A stretch of DNA of 59,919 nucleotides from a virus: UHGV virus genome UHGV-0342645, one strand, 5' to 3'. A model generated the notes under the pieces. That model was given only the letters and a program-made list of their open reading frames with translations, had not been told where the DNA came from and searched no databases. The translations under genes were made by a program, and so were the position numbers. Positions within the stretch are counted from its first letter, which is position 1; the number at the start of each line of letters is the position of its first letter. Shown piece after piece: positions 1 to 8,682 of this stretch.

Positions 1-29
1 ACACTAATAGCTACAGAACTCTTTTTCAT
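1..29 (-). CDS. 5' end of head scaffolding-like protein gene split by the window boundary (continues at 59919 downward)
   Basis: ATG at 29..27 with GGAGA Shine-Dalgarno at 37..33. Reading past position 1 joins in frame to 59919 and runs into the 59076..59876 ORF, whose track start is only an internal GTG. Confidence 0.6.
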
Positions 30-124
30 TTCTTATCTCCGTTGTCACCCGTGTGACGTTTTTGGGGCTGAGCCGTCCCAGCCCCGTGTTCGTTAATATA
101 AACCAATCAATTTGGAAGTTGCAA

Positions 125-1621
125 CTATTCTTTATCGGAAGCGTCGTCTTCCTTAGGATCTTTGTTTACTTGCTGCTCTGCGTTTAAATCAGCTTTAGCA
201 TCATCGGGCAGAGGCCACTTCTTAAGCTCTTCTTCAAGAATTGCCATTTCTTCTTCAAAGCTTAGTGTGGTCAAGCCCTGATCAACAAGCCAGCCATGAA
301 TAGACTGCAAGCTGATCGGAGCCTTAAGGTTGCGTGCAGTAATAATTTGAACAAAGTCCTGACCGTTAAACATGCTCTTGGTAAATTCAAGATTAGGCTT
401 AACCACAACCTTCTCTGGATCAGCACCCATCCATTTAGCACAAACCTTCAGCAAGTTTTCCAAACCTGCCGCACCAGTATACGCAATTCGAATCAGGCTA
501 GCGGTACGCGCAGCAATACGCGTTTTCATAGCTTCGCCCGATTCCTGCGTGCTCTTGGTGTTGTTTACCATCTGCCCGGCTTTAATCTGAGCTTCTTGCT
601 TATCCGCTGCTAATGCGAGGCGTTGCTCGGACAAACCGTCACCGCTAACGCCTACATATTTAGCGTCACCACCAATAGCAACGTTAATGACCGCTCCAGG
701 ACCGATGCGCTGAGGGGCTTTATCTCCATTCTCCCCAGTACCGCCAACAACAACTAATGTGTCCTGCCCCTGCATATGCAGACTCTGACGGTAATCAGCA
801 TCACTTCGGTACATGCTTAGGCAGATGTTAGCTAGCCCCAATAATGGTGGCGCTTCCGGTGCTGGGGTAATATCTGTCGTATTAACAAACTGGAAAGGTA
901 TTTCGTCCAGCGTGTTACCTTTATAATAAGGAGCAATCATTTGCCCTTCATCATAATTGGTATTGTTGATAAACAAATGCTGGGAGTAGACCGCCCCACC
1001 TGCAACTTCATCTGTGTCCATCGGGCCTAATTGCAGGACGCGATAACGCTTCTCTTCTTTCCAGTCAAACTGATTGACACGTACAGGACCGCTTTCATCC
1101 AGAACAACCATGTTCAAGTTGATATTGCCTAATTCATCTTTACCATCATCCCAGTTGATAATGGATAAAGCATCATAAACGCTAATATAAGGTCTGTTAT
1201 TTACATCCTCACCTTTCGGCAAGTCCAGCAGCAGGCCCAAACGTCCATTTTTTAACTGCATTTCGTTGATGCGACGTAGCAGAGCAATAATGTCTTCACC
1301 GTCCGCAGTACACAGCTCCCGCATGTACTCCATTTCAGGAGGAAGCTGGATTGTAGGAGGCTTCTGGTGCAACAGACCTAAATTGTTTGTGACCGCACTT
1401 GAATAATCGTCAGGGAAGTTAGCACGCAGACGATAAGCAAGCCAACGTTGAAAGCCCAAATCATTAGGATTATTCATCCCATCAATAATCATGGAAGCTA
1501 AAGGTGGTAGATATTTAACACCTTCTTCCTTAATTTTATCTTCACCCTCATAGCAGTCGTTGCACTTAACCCATGCATCCTTCCACTTGTCATATAGCGG
1601 GTGAGTTGCATCAATACCCAT
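125..1621 (-). CDS. portal protein
   Basis: 498 aa ORF directly downstream of the terminase large subunit and upstream of scaffold/capsid genes. Size, order and acidic C-terminus are typical of siphovirus portals. Confidence 0.75.
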   Translation of the reverse strand: MGIDATHPLYDKWKDAWVKCNDCYEGEDKIKEEGVKYLPPLASMIIDGMNNPNDLGFQRWLAYRLRANFPDDYSSAVTNNLGLLHQKPPTIQLPPEMEYMRELCTADGEDIIALLRRINEMQLKNGRLGLLLDLPKGEDVNNRPYISVYDALSIINWDDGKDELGNINLNMVVLDESGPVRVNQFDWKEEKRYRVLQLGPMDTDEVAGGAVYSQHLFINNTNYDEGQMIAPYYKGNTLDEIPFQFVNTTDITPAPEAPPLLGLANICLSMYRSDADYRQSLHMQGQDTLVVVGGTGENGDKAPQRIGPGAVINVAIGGDAKYVGVSGDGLSEQRLALAADKQEAQIKAGQMVNNTKSTQESGEAMKTRIAARTASLIRIAYTGAAGLENLLKVCAKWMGADPEKVVVKPNLEFTKSMFNGQDFVQIITARNLKAPISLQSIHGWLVDQGLTTLSFEEEMAILEEELKKWPLPDDAKADLNAEQQVNKDPKEDDASDKE

Positions 1622-1632
1622 ATACCCTCCAG

Positions 1633-3192
1633 TTAAATACCGATAGTTTTACCAACACCTGTATAAACAGCTTGATCCAGAACCATATAACGTACTTCAT
1701 CCCCCATATGGTCTTCGCATTCCGTATCAACGTCGTCCTGATCTACTTCATCGCGCGGAAGACTTGGAACCAGCTCAAAGAAATAATTGCAATTATCGAA
1801 AACATACATTGCTGGATTTTCACGTGGTCCCGGCAAAGGTTTACCGTTTGCATCTTCCCGCAACGCGGCTTTAAGAAACTCACGCATTTTCTGCCATCCG
1901 CGTTTACGCGACCCAGCAGATTTATCACTTCTCTTCCAATGGATGCCGTTATACAGCTTGCCGTTGAGACGGATTTTCTTCGCCATTGTTGCAGCGGTGG
2001 AGTTATTGTTCTCCAGATCCCAAATAGAATTATCCGCAGGTCCAGGAACTACACGGTCGTGTATGCCCCAGGCCAATTCCCGCTCCAGTATACCGCTTGC
2101 AATCTCTGAGTCCAGCAAATGTAGACCTTCGTTTGTTTTACCGTTAGTGCCGTACCATTCGTTAATACGGAACAAGTCACCGCGTACAGTAGAGAATGTA
2201 GTACCGTCCTCACGTACAACATCCGAACCGTCACTAATAGCCCACCAGCCAACGGAGAATGGTTTTGAAGAACCCCAGTCGAAAGAACGTGTAATCTTCC
2301 AGCTTGATGGGATTGGGAATGGGCGTATTTTATGAACAGTGCTACGCCACAGATCATCGAACATACCGCCGGAGGTGATATCCCAGCTACCGCCTAACCA
2401 TGCAGCTCGTTTGTTCGGATCTGTGATGGACATAAGCTCTGCAATATATTTCGGGCTCAGGTTTTTGTTCTCGCGGTAAGATCCGAAGATATGGCATTGC
2501 GTCGTAACCACATCTTCCTCTTTCTGCGTCCGCGGGTTAAACACTCGCGTAGTTTTCCTGAGTATCTTACCCATCGGTGCAGCATCAATGAAGCGTTTCT
2601 TAACCCAGTTATGCCCCGCACCAAACGGGTTACTGGTAGCAAATACTTCCAGAGGAATGTCTGGTAAATATGTGACAGTACCGTCCGGATCGATAATTGG
2701 ATTATCTTCGGGTAGGAAGGATGAACGGTTACAGGACATCATTGCTTCAAACAAACGCCCGTCCGGATACTTTGTTAATTCGTTCCATCCGATAAACGGG
2801 TATTCGTGACCATGATAAGACCAATAATCCTTTTCTTTGCAAGCAACACGGAACAGCAATTCTTCCCCAGTGGGCCAAACCCATTTATAATCAGACTTCG
2901 AGCTAAGGAATTTAGCACCATCTTTAAATTCAGGGAACCAACGCTGTGATTTGGTTACAAGGTCATCAAGGTTTTTATATTCACGATCGAATATAATACC
3001 CTTCCAGAATTTACCGTACCCTACGCCAACATTCTTACGGAAACGCATAAGCTGGCAGTCCGTCTTTCCAGGACCGCGAGTACCGTGGTATAAAATGATA
3101 TCAGCAGGACAGGATAGAGCGAGTGTCTGTGAACCTGGATGTGGCTTCCAGACTACTCGCGGCATGTTATCAGGTTGTCGGTTTAGCTCCAT
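1633..3192 (-). CDS. terL: terminase large subunit
   Basis: 519 aa. N-terminal ATPase with P-loop-like HGTRGPGKTD and a C-terminal nuclease-sized domain. Overlaps the upstream small-subunit-like ORF by 23 nt. Confidence 0.85.
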   Translation of the reverse strand: MELNRQPDNMPRVVWKPHPGSQTLALSCPADIILYHGTRGPGKTDCQLMRFRKNVGVGYGKFWKGIIFDREYKNLDDLVTKSQRWFPEFKDGAKFLSSKSDYKWVWPTGEELLFRVACKEKDYWSYHGHEYPFIGWNELTKYPDGRLFEAMMSCNRSSFLPEDNPIIDPDGTVTYLPDIPLEVFATSNPFGAGHNWVKKRFIDAAPMGKILRKTTRVFNPRTQKEEDVVTTQCHIFGSYRENKNLSPKYIAELMSITDPNKRAAWLGGSWDITSGGMFDDLWRSTVHKIRPFPIPSSWKITRSFDWGSSKPFSVGWWAISDGSDVVREDGTTFSTVRGDLFRINEWYGTNGKTNEGLHLLDSEIASGILERELAWGIHDRVVPGPADNSIWDLENNNSTAATMAKKIRLNGKLYNGIHWKRSDKSAGSRKRGWQKMREFLKAALREDANGKPLPGPRENPAMYVFDNCNYFFELVPSLPRDEVDQDDVDTECEDHMGDEVRYMVLDQAVYTGVGKTIGI

Positions 3193-3727
3193 CTTCAGTC
3201 TCTTTAACTAGTCGTTGTTGAGACTCGGATGCAGTTTTTTCCCATTCGTCAATATTTGCTACAGCAGGGACTATCATTACGCCGCCTCTGTTAGTAACAT
3301 CAATTTTAGCCTTCTTGGGAGCATCCAAATCATAAATTTGTGCAAGCTTGCCCAATGCGGCTACTCTAGCAGCTTGAGAAGATCCCGGTCCTGTATAATG
3401 AGCTTCACGTTTTAATGCTTCAATGATATGCTGACGCTCTAGGTCTGCTTCAATGTTAGCTTGCTCAGAAGTACGTTGAACACGGGATCTTTCAATCTCC
3501 TTGAGCTTCCATCGAACGTAACAGTCCGTGGCAAAGCGTTGGCCAAGCTCCTGTGCAAACATAGCATTGAACCCGCATCTCATGCAAGCGTTAGTCCAAT
3601 TGTAGTCGAACATATACTCAGCAACAACTTTGTCACGTATTGCCATCTCGTCAGCGGACAAGCTATTTGCATACTGGATATAGTTCGTCCAGTCACGATC
3701 ATATTGCTCTTGACTTGCCCCGTTCAT
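3170..3727 (-). CDS. terS: putative terminase small subunit
   Basis: 185 aa ORF with GGGGAG SD, immediately upstream of and overlapping terL. Call rests on position and size only. Confidence 0.5.
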   Translation of the reverse strand: MNGASQEQYDRDWTNYIQYANSLSADEMAIRDKVVAEYMFDYNWTNACMRCGFNAMFAQELGQRFATDCYVRWKLKEIERSRVQRTSEQANIEADLERQHIIEALKREAHYTGPGSSQAARVAALGKLAQIYDLDAPKKAKIDVTNRGGVMIVPAVANIDEWEKTASESQQRLVKETEDGAKPTT

Positions 3728-3747
3728 GGAAGCTCCCCTTCTTATTG

Positions 3748-4053
3748 CTATTTAGGCTGAATATAATTGCTTGATCCTACAAAATCAAGCGAAACATTTT
3801 CAGCTTCATAGCGTATGATTTCCTTAACCCTTAGCTTACATTCGGTCAGAGCAGTTTCTGTATCCTGTAAACGTCGGATAATATCTCTTGTGTAAACCAA
3901 AGGAATTTTCTCAACTTCCCGACATTCCACCAGTAGATGCGCGGGTAGTCTTACCTTCACTATCTGTGGAGCTGGGGGAGGTTGAGTCTGCGTCGAGCAA
4001 CCTGCGCAAATCATCAGGAATACGCTCGTTAAGATAAGCTTTGACGTCAGCAT
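3748..4053 (-). CDS. Rz1: o-spanin (Rz1-like outer-membrane lipoprotein)
   Basis: Internal ATG at 4053 gives MLTSKLILTSVFLMICAGC: signal peptide plus lipobox, then a Pro-rich mature N-terminus. Starts inside the 3' end of the i-spanin gene in another frame. Confidence 0.7.
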   Translation of the reverse strand: MLTSKLILTSVFLMICAGCSTQTQPPPAPQIVKVRLPAHLLVECREVEKIPLVYTRDIIRRLQDTETALTECKLRVKEIIRYEAENVSLDFVGSSNYIQPK

Positions 4054-4387
4054 TGCTTTTCTCCAGTGTCTGCAACTTGTCCTGAAGCAACTTGTGGTTA
4101 TGTTGTTCATCTTGAATTGCAGAAGTTAGTTTCTTGAAAGAGTCCGTGTCCTTCTCCCTTTGTGCAGCAAGAAATACAACAGCCTCGCCCAGCTTTGCAT
4201 TGTCTTTCTCCACAACGGTTAAACGTTCTTCAGCCAAACTTAAATTTGATTTGTTAAGCTCGTTCTGTGACCACAGGTAGGCAGCCACCCCGCATAAAAA
4301 CACCACCGCGCCAATCATCAGGTACTCGATAAATAGACGCGGTTTAGCTTTTATAAAACTGAAGAAGTTATTTAGAATCATTTTCAT
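3911..4387 (-). CDS. Rz: i-spanin (Rz-like)
   Basis: N-terminal TM helix (LFIEYLMIGAVVFLCGVAAYLW) followed by a coiled-coil-like periplasmic domain. Lies downstream of the holin and overlaps the o-spanin. Confidence 0.7.
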   Translation of the reverse strand: MKMILNNFFSFIKAKPRLFIEYLMIGAVVFLCGVAAYLWSQNELNKSNLSLAEERLTVVEKDNAKLGEAVVFLAAQREKDTDSFKKLTSAIQDEQHNHKLLQDKLQTLEKSNADVKAYLNERIPDDLRRLLDADSTSPSSTDSEGKTTRASTGGMSGS

Positions 4388-4712
4388 GTTTGCAGTCCTC
4401 TGAGTCGAGTTTGATCCCTGTCCGCGATGCTAGAAGCGACTTTAGAGCTTTTAGCGTAGCACGTGAACCCGCCCAAGCGAATAGGCCAGCAAGGCCAAAA
4501 GCGAACCAAAGGCTGATATTAAACTCCCTGTAGATCGCGTACATTATAACGCCGAAGAACGCGGCGGATAAGCCTTCAAGACATGCAATGCTTAACCGTA
4601 CTTTCTTACCAGCGTCAATTGTGCGCATGACGTAACCGAGAGCTCCCCCAATGAGGGAAATCAGAGCAAACCCCGCTAGAACTGCCCAATGTTCGTTTGA
4701 TGAGTTGAACAT
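4368..4712 (-). CDS. holin (three predicted TM helices)
   Basis: ATG 4712 with GGAGGG SD. 114 aa with three hydrophobic helices and a charged C-terminus. Lies between the endolysin-like gene and the spanins. Confidence 0.65.
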   Translation of the reverse strand: MFNSSNEHWAVLAGFALISLIGGALGYVMRTIDAGKKVRLSIACLEGLSAAFFGVIMYAIYREFNISLWFAFGLAGLFAWAGSRATLKALKSLLASRTGIKLDSEDCKHENDSK

Positions 4713-4721
4713 GTTCCCTCC

Positions 4722-4743
4722 AATAAAAAGGGGCTGACGCCCC
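4722..4743 (-). terminator. intrinsic terminator-like hairpin between endolysin-like gene and holin
   Basis: Minus strand GGGGC-gtca-GCCCC followed by TTTTTATT. Ends just before the holin SD. Confidence 0.55.
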
Positions 4744-4748
4744 ATCAG

Positions 4749-5186
4749 TTAAATTACCATTGCAATAGCGCGGTCGATCACGTCATCAGTATAAGGCATC
4801 ATGCCATTTTCATGACGAATGATTGCTTTCACCAAACCTGACATTATCGTCTTGTCGAAGACATTAATTGGATCGTTGGGTTGAACACCAATTGCTTTGG
4901 CAACAGAACGAATATACGCTTCCGTATCGTTTTCATTAGGCGGAGCCCAGCGAGCGATAATTTCACGTACAGTGTCGATGTTTCTCTTACCCACATTGGG
5001 CAAGCCTTCACGTTTGGTGTAGTTTGTCAGGACTTTCGCCAGAGCGCGGATGCCGTAGATCGGTTGCGTAAATTGCGCAAAAGATTTGTCGGTCCGCTTA
5101 TCAACAGGGACCAATCCCTGCCAATTATCACCCCAGCGAATATTACCTGGATTGTTATTACGAATACCACGAGGTTGAAGCGCCAT
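4749..5186 (-). CDS. putative endolysin (RNNNPGNIR-motif lysin / structural-protein-P5-like family)
   Basis: ATG 5186 with GGAGGA SD. The 235-aa track ORF overlaps the upstream gene and lacks an SD. 145 aa beginning MALQPRGIRNNNPGNIRWG. First gene of the lysis cassette. Confidence 0.5.
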   Translation of the reverse strand: MALQPRGIRNNNPGNIRWGDNWQGLVPVDKRTDKSFAQFTQPIYGIRALAKVLTNYTKREGLPNVGKRNIDTVREIIARWAPPNENDTEAYIRSVAKAIGVQPNDPINVFDKTIMSGLVKAIIRHENGMMPYTDDVIDRAIAMVI

Positions 5187-5268
5187 ATCGAGTTCCTCCG
5201 CTTGACATGAACCACTCAAGGGTAACAGAGAAACTTGATACGGCGCAAGGAGAATTGATCTAAGAAGA

Positions 5269-5529
5269 TTACCCGTCAAACCACTCGCCAATGTACCAGC
5301 TAACAAGACCTTTTCCACCTTTATCGACCCCGTAGCTGGAGTAAAAAGTGAAGTTATCGGGTTCGTGTTGCAGGATAACCATAAAGTCATGCTGAGTGTT
5401 GTCAATAATTGCAATAGCGATTTCCTCGTTATCTGTGATAAAGATTTCGCCACCAATTACAACATGCGTCCCGTGGTCAACTACCTTACTATGATAAGCA
5501 GGTGGGATCAGGTGACTGAATGTAGTCAT
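5269..5529 (-). CDS. hypothetical protein
   Basis: 86 aa with GAGGG SD. Abuts the upstream gene stop, in the same-strand operon. Confidence 0.6.
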   Translation of the reverse strand: MTTFSHLIPPAYHSKVVDHGTHVVIGGEIFITDNEEIAIAIIDNTQHDFMVILQHEPDNFTFYSSYGVDKGGKGLVSWYIGEWFDG

Positions 5530-5994
5530 TTAAAAACCCTCAAATGATATTGTATCAACTCCCAGGAATGCGCATGTGGTGTGTTTAATTGCTAACTCAA
5601 TAGCTTCGCTCGCACTTGCACCAGCAGCTAACGCGCCAGCAGCAAACACACAACCGCTACCCTCAGATCCCCATCCATCCAGCATGGGTTTGCTCAAAGT
5701 ACCATCATTATAAATAAAATGGCAAGTACCTTCCGGAGTAACCGCAAGACCGCAAGTTTGCCCGTAATCATCATCTTTGCTGTAAAGTTTAATATCAGGG
5801 AACTTAACAGGTTCCGCGCTATTAAAATAACGCAACACCTGATCGGTAAATGCTGTAAGGCCGCACAATCCCAGTAAAAACCGTCCACGATGTCCATTTA
5901 CGCTATGAACTTTCTTATAAGCAGTCACAGCTTCCCCGCGCATAACTCCACGGTCCGCAGCTAATACTTTTCCATCAAACGCAATTGTGGTCAT
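5530..5994 (-). CDS. HslV / proteasome beta-like Ntn-hydrolase peptidase
   Basis: MTTIAFDGKVLAADRG (Thr exposed after Met removal), a YKKV lysine at the HslV K33-like position, and GSGCVFAAGALAAGASASEAIELA matching the HslV GSG...A motif region. Confidence 0.7.
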   Translation of the reverse strand: MTTIAFDGKVLAADRGVMRGEAVTAYKKVHSVNGHRGRFLLGLCGLTAFTDQVLRYFNSAEPVKFPDIKLYSKDDDYGQTCGLAVTPEGTCHFIYNDGTLSKPMLDGWGSEGSGCVFAAGALAAGASASEAIELAIKHTTCAFLGVDTISFEGF

Positions 5995-6176
5995 TTAATT
6001 TTCCTTTGGTCTTGGATAATAACAATGCATAAAACAAATAGAATAAGACAGATACAAAGCCCTGTACTTGCAAAGATTCGGATAACCGTGGAAGGTTGTT
6101 CGACTACTGTATAGGTATAAAGCCCAGCGAACATTAACGTCGCAAATAAAAACAATCCGGCGTATAGTTTGGTCAT
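5991..6176 (-). CDS. small membrane protein (2 TM)
   Basis: 61 aa with two hydrophobic helices and a GGGG SD. 4-nt overlap with the downstream gene. Confidence 0.55.
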   Translation of the reverse strand: MTKLYAGLFLFATLMFAGLYTYTVVEQPSTVIRIFASTGLCICLILFVLCIVIIQDQRKIK

Positions 6177-6238
6177 TGTGTACCCCTCTTATTCGATGGG
6201 TACACAATACAATGAAGGGTTATGTGATAGCAAGGTTT

Positions 6239-6661
6239 TTAATTAAGCACAATCTCAACGTCTTTAACCCAAGTATGAATGATAAATGCTCCTGGCTGTT
6301 CAGGATCTTGATCCGGGCCAACGTAGAACTTTTTACCTTCCCAACCTTTAATTGGGTCATGTACAATAAACTTGTGATTAGTTGTATCGATCACAACCTG
6401 ATGCAGTGCTCCAGGAACATTGAGACTTGGGACAGTGCACAAAAACAAACCACCCATGTATATAGTCTCACGCCCACCGCCTACAGAACAGATGTGGTCA
6501 ACATTGTTTTGTACTAAATATTCGGAAATTGTTATTTCCCAGTTGTTGTAATATCGATCATGAAATTCCGCAATTACTTCTTCTACAGGTCTATTAAGGA
6601 TCATTGCTAGACACGCAGAAACGCATGTATTTAAAGAAGGTTGCTTGACGTGTTTAATCAT
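6239..6661 (-). CDS. papain-fold cysteine peptidase, C39-like
   Basis: N-terminal QPSLNTCVSACLAMIL (Q...C catalytic-Cys context of C39-type peptidases) and downstream HQVVID..HDP as candidate His/Asp. Confidence 0.5.
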   Translation of the reverse strand: MIKHVKQPSLNTCVSACLAMILNRPVEEVIAEFHDRYYNNWEITISEYLVQNNVDHICSVGGGRETIYMGGLFLCTVPSLNVPGALHQVVIDTTNHKFIVHDPIKGWEGKKFYVGPDQDPEQPGAFIIHTWVKDVEIVLN

Positions 6662-6662
6662 T

Positions 6663-7133
6663 TTACGCCTCGTATATGACTTCTGGCTCGTTATTATAAG
6701 GACGCAGCAGCAAACGCGCTACCAGCGACGTACGCTTGCTCAACCCTTGCGGATGCACAAACCCAACAAACTGGTAGTGACAACCGCGCAGGTGGTGCAA
6801 ACTCTTAGCACAATGACACGCTTCCAAACGAAGTGTCTCGCCCGACTGCCATTTAACCACAATAGTAGAGCCCGCGATCATGTTAATTTCTACGTCACCA
6901 ATATCTATTTGAAGACGTAAAAGATCTTCTACAACATTACGGACATAGACAAGGATCTGTGATGTGGGCATAACAATAAGCCCGTTCCAGTCTTTCCCGC
7001 GCCCCAAGCCGCAACGACGTGCGAATCTTGATATTAACTGAGTCTCTGTAACCTGTTTTACTTCAAACGACTTCTTCAGTTGGCAGTCTTTGGATTCGTC
7101 CATTGCATCAACAATAGTTTTAACGTCAGCCAT
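6663..7133 (-). CDS. hypothetical protein
   Basis: 156 aa with GGAG SD, tightly packed in the operon. Confidence 0.6.
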   Translation of the reverse strand: MADVKTIVDAMDESKDCQLKKSFEVKQVTETQLISRFARRCGLGRGKDWNGLIVMPTSQILVYVRNVVEDLLRLQIDIGDVEINMIAGSTIVVKWQSGETLRLEACHCAKSLHHLRGCHYQFVGFVHPQGLSKRTSLVARLLLRPYNNEPEVIYEA

Positions 7134-7136
7134 TAT

Positions 7137-7529
7137 TTACTCCGCTAATGTGTAAGGAATACCGGATGCTTTAATCTGTCTGTACATGTCCATAGTACCA
7201 GCTCCGCCCGGAAACACAATAGCGTGATCTGGTTTGGGATCAGTATCCAGCATTAATTGATTGCGGTAAGCGCCAGCTTGTGCATTATAAGCACCTCTGG
7301 CGTTATACCGTATCTTAGTATTCGGTAAGGAAAGATTGTCCCACGGCGCAGGAAACGCCTCCGTCTTAATACCGTTCCGCTCCGCCCAATGTGCGCAAAT
7401 GCGGTCAACACCGTCAGCGTCACCGTGGCGAAGTGTGGTTATCCTTCTTTGCATATGCAGCTTATCCAATTGAGCATAGATATACTCCACATTCTTAAAA
7501 TTACGACCTCCGGTAACAACTAATAGCAT
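7137..7529 (-). CDS. SLOG-superfamily DUF2493-like protein
   Basis: MLLVVTGGRNF...HGDADGVD...IVFPGGAGT. Rossmann-like GG / GDxxGxD / PGG pattern typical of DUF2493 (YspA-related SLOG). Confidence 0.55.
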   Translation of the reverse strand: MLLVVTGGRNFKNVEYIYAQLDKLHMQRRITTLRHGDADGVDRICAHWAERNGIKTEAFPAPWDNLSLPNTKIRYNARGAYNAQAGAYRNQLMLDTDPKPDHAIVFPGGAGTMDMYRQIKASGIPYTLAE

Positions 7530-7592
7530 TATTTCTTCTCCAATGGTTTCAACATTTCGTCAATAAAACCTTTCCAATATTTGATATTTTCT

Positions 7593-8066
7593 TCAATCAA
7601 CAATAATCTCCTTAAAACGGTTATACAAATCACGATAGAACAAAGGACCATTAGCATTGCGACGCAGGAAGTCCTTTGCTACAGCTTCCAGAGCTTCGCA
7701 GCGATCACGCAACTCTTGAGCCTTCTTCTCGGTATGCGCCCACACCTCTTCGCTGGTCACACCCGGCGGATTCATTGCACCAACAATTTGACGCAAACGA
7801 ATATAAGAATCGGATAAAGCGTGTTCAGCAGCACGCATGTCGACAAGGTTAGTTTCAGCATTTTCGGCACGTTCTTCCTGAGCTCGCCATTCTGCTTCTA
7901 GCTGGTCAATGCGCATATCACGATAACCCAGTTCCGCAGCAATATCACCTTTGCTGTGCAAACCTTCGGATGTCATTGCCATAACATGACGGGAGTAATA
8001 ACCTCCAGCTTGATCCAGTTCCCAAGCGTCGCGTTCTAAATCATAGCATTTATTTTTCTGTGACAT
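7593..8066 (-). CDS. hypothetical protein (possibly Ea22/Ead-like)
   Basis: 157 aa with GGAGA SD. The MAMTSEGLHSKGDIAAELGYRD segment recalls Ead/Ea22-like prophage proteins, from weak recollection only. Confidence 0.55.
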   Translation of the reverse strand: MSQKNKCYDLERDAWELDQAGGYYSRHVMAMTSEGLHSKGDIAAELGYRDMRIDQLEAEWRAQEERAENAETNLVDMRAAEHALSDSYIRLRQIVGAMNPPGVTSEEVWAHTEKKAQELRDRCEALEAVAKDFLRRNANGPLFYRDLYNRFKEIIVD

Positions 8067-8352
8067 ATGTAGTAATCTCCTTCAGCGTATCGCGCCAGTC
8101 CGCACCTTCAAGGTCAACTTCACCGCAGTAGCGACACTTATCACCATCATACAGCCATTCTTTAAGTTGTTCATATGCTTTAGGCTTACTATTATAACAG
8201 TGGACAACACCGTTAGCATCCACTGCAATGTGAGTAGCCCAAGGTGCCACAGGGATTTCCTGACCAAAAAACAGGACTTTGATTGCAGTTTTAGAATCGA
8301 CCGCAGGGATATCCGGTTTTTCTCGATTTAAATCCATTCCTAAATAAAGCAT
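8050..8352 (-). CDS. hypothetical protein, member of a 3-copy paralogue family
   Basis: GGAGG SD. Shares VAPWATHIAVD...DLEGADWRDTLKEI with 8683..8934 and 29405..29659. Confidence 0.65.
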   Translation of the reverse strand: MLYLGMDLNREKPDIPAVDSKTAIKVLFFGQEIPVAPWATHIAVDANGVVHCYNSKPKAYEQLKEWLYDGDKCRYCGEVDLEGADWRDTLKEITTYVTEK

Positions 8353-8403
8353 AACAACCTCCAGATAATTAAGGGCTCCGTAGAGCCCATTATAGATTGA
8401 TAA

Positions 8404-8682
8404 TTACACTTCCTCCAGGAAATTGGCGCCTACAAGACCAGTATAACTGATTTCGTAAGCATCCTCTTCTTCATCGTATTCATCGCTACCCTGGCTAACA
8501 ATTACAGTATGGTTCCACTGCCCGAAAAGGCTATGCAGATCAAACACCACCTTATTAACAGTAACAATAGAACCAGCTTTCAGTTCCCGGAACTCAACAC
8601 CATCGCCCGGAGCATACCCAACACCGCCAATATCAGTCAGTAAACGATACTCTTTACCTTCAACAATCTCTTCTACACGCAT
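8404..8682 (-). CDS. hypothetical protein
   Basis: 92 aa with GGAGG SD. Start abuts the upstream stop. Confidence 0.6.
   Translation of the reverse strand: MRVEEIVEGKEYRLLTDIGGVGYAPGDGVEFRELKAGSIVTVNKVVFDLHSLFGQWNHTVIVSQGSDEYDEEEDAYEISYTGLVGANFLEEV

Noticed and set aside
43-85. Hairpins GTCAC/GTGAC and GGGGCTG/CAGCCCC between the portal gene and the scaffold gene start
   Set aside because: On the transcribed (minus) strand the GC hairpin is followed by AAAAA rather than a U-tract, so it is not a canonical terminator. It may stabilise RNA, but I cannot support a specific call.
4749-5456. Long (235 aa) form of the endolysin-like ORF. The same issue applies to the long forms 48493..49077, 40904..41740, 17136..17618, 18248..18805, 20835..21590, 30793..31362, 31325..31954, 35775..37814 and 37822..38163.
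   Set aside because: The upstream extensions overlap neighbouring genes or terminators and lack an SD. Internal ATGs with strong GGAG-type SDs give products that begin at recognisable domain, signal-peptide or lipobox starts.
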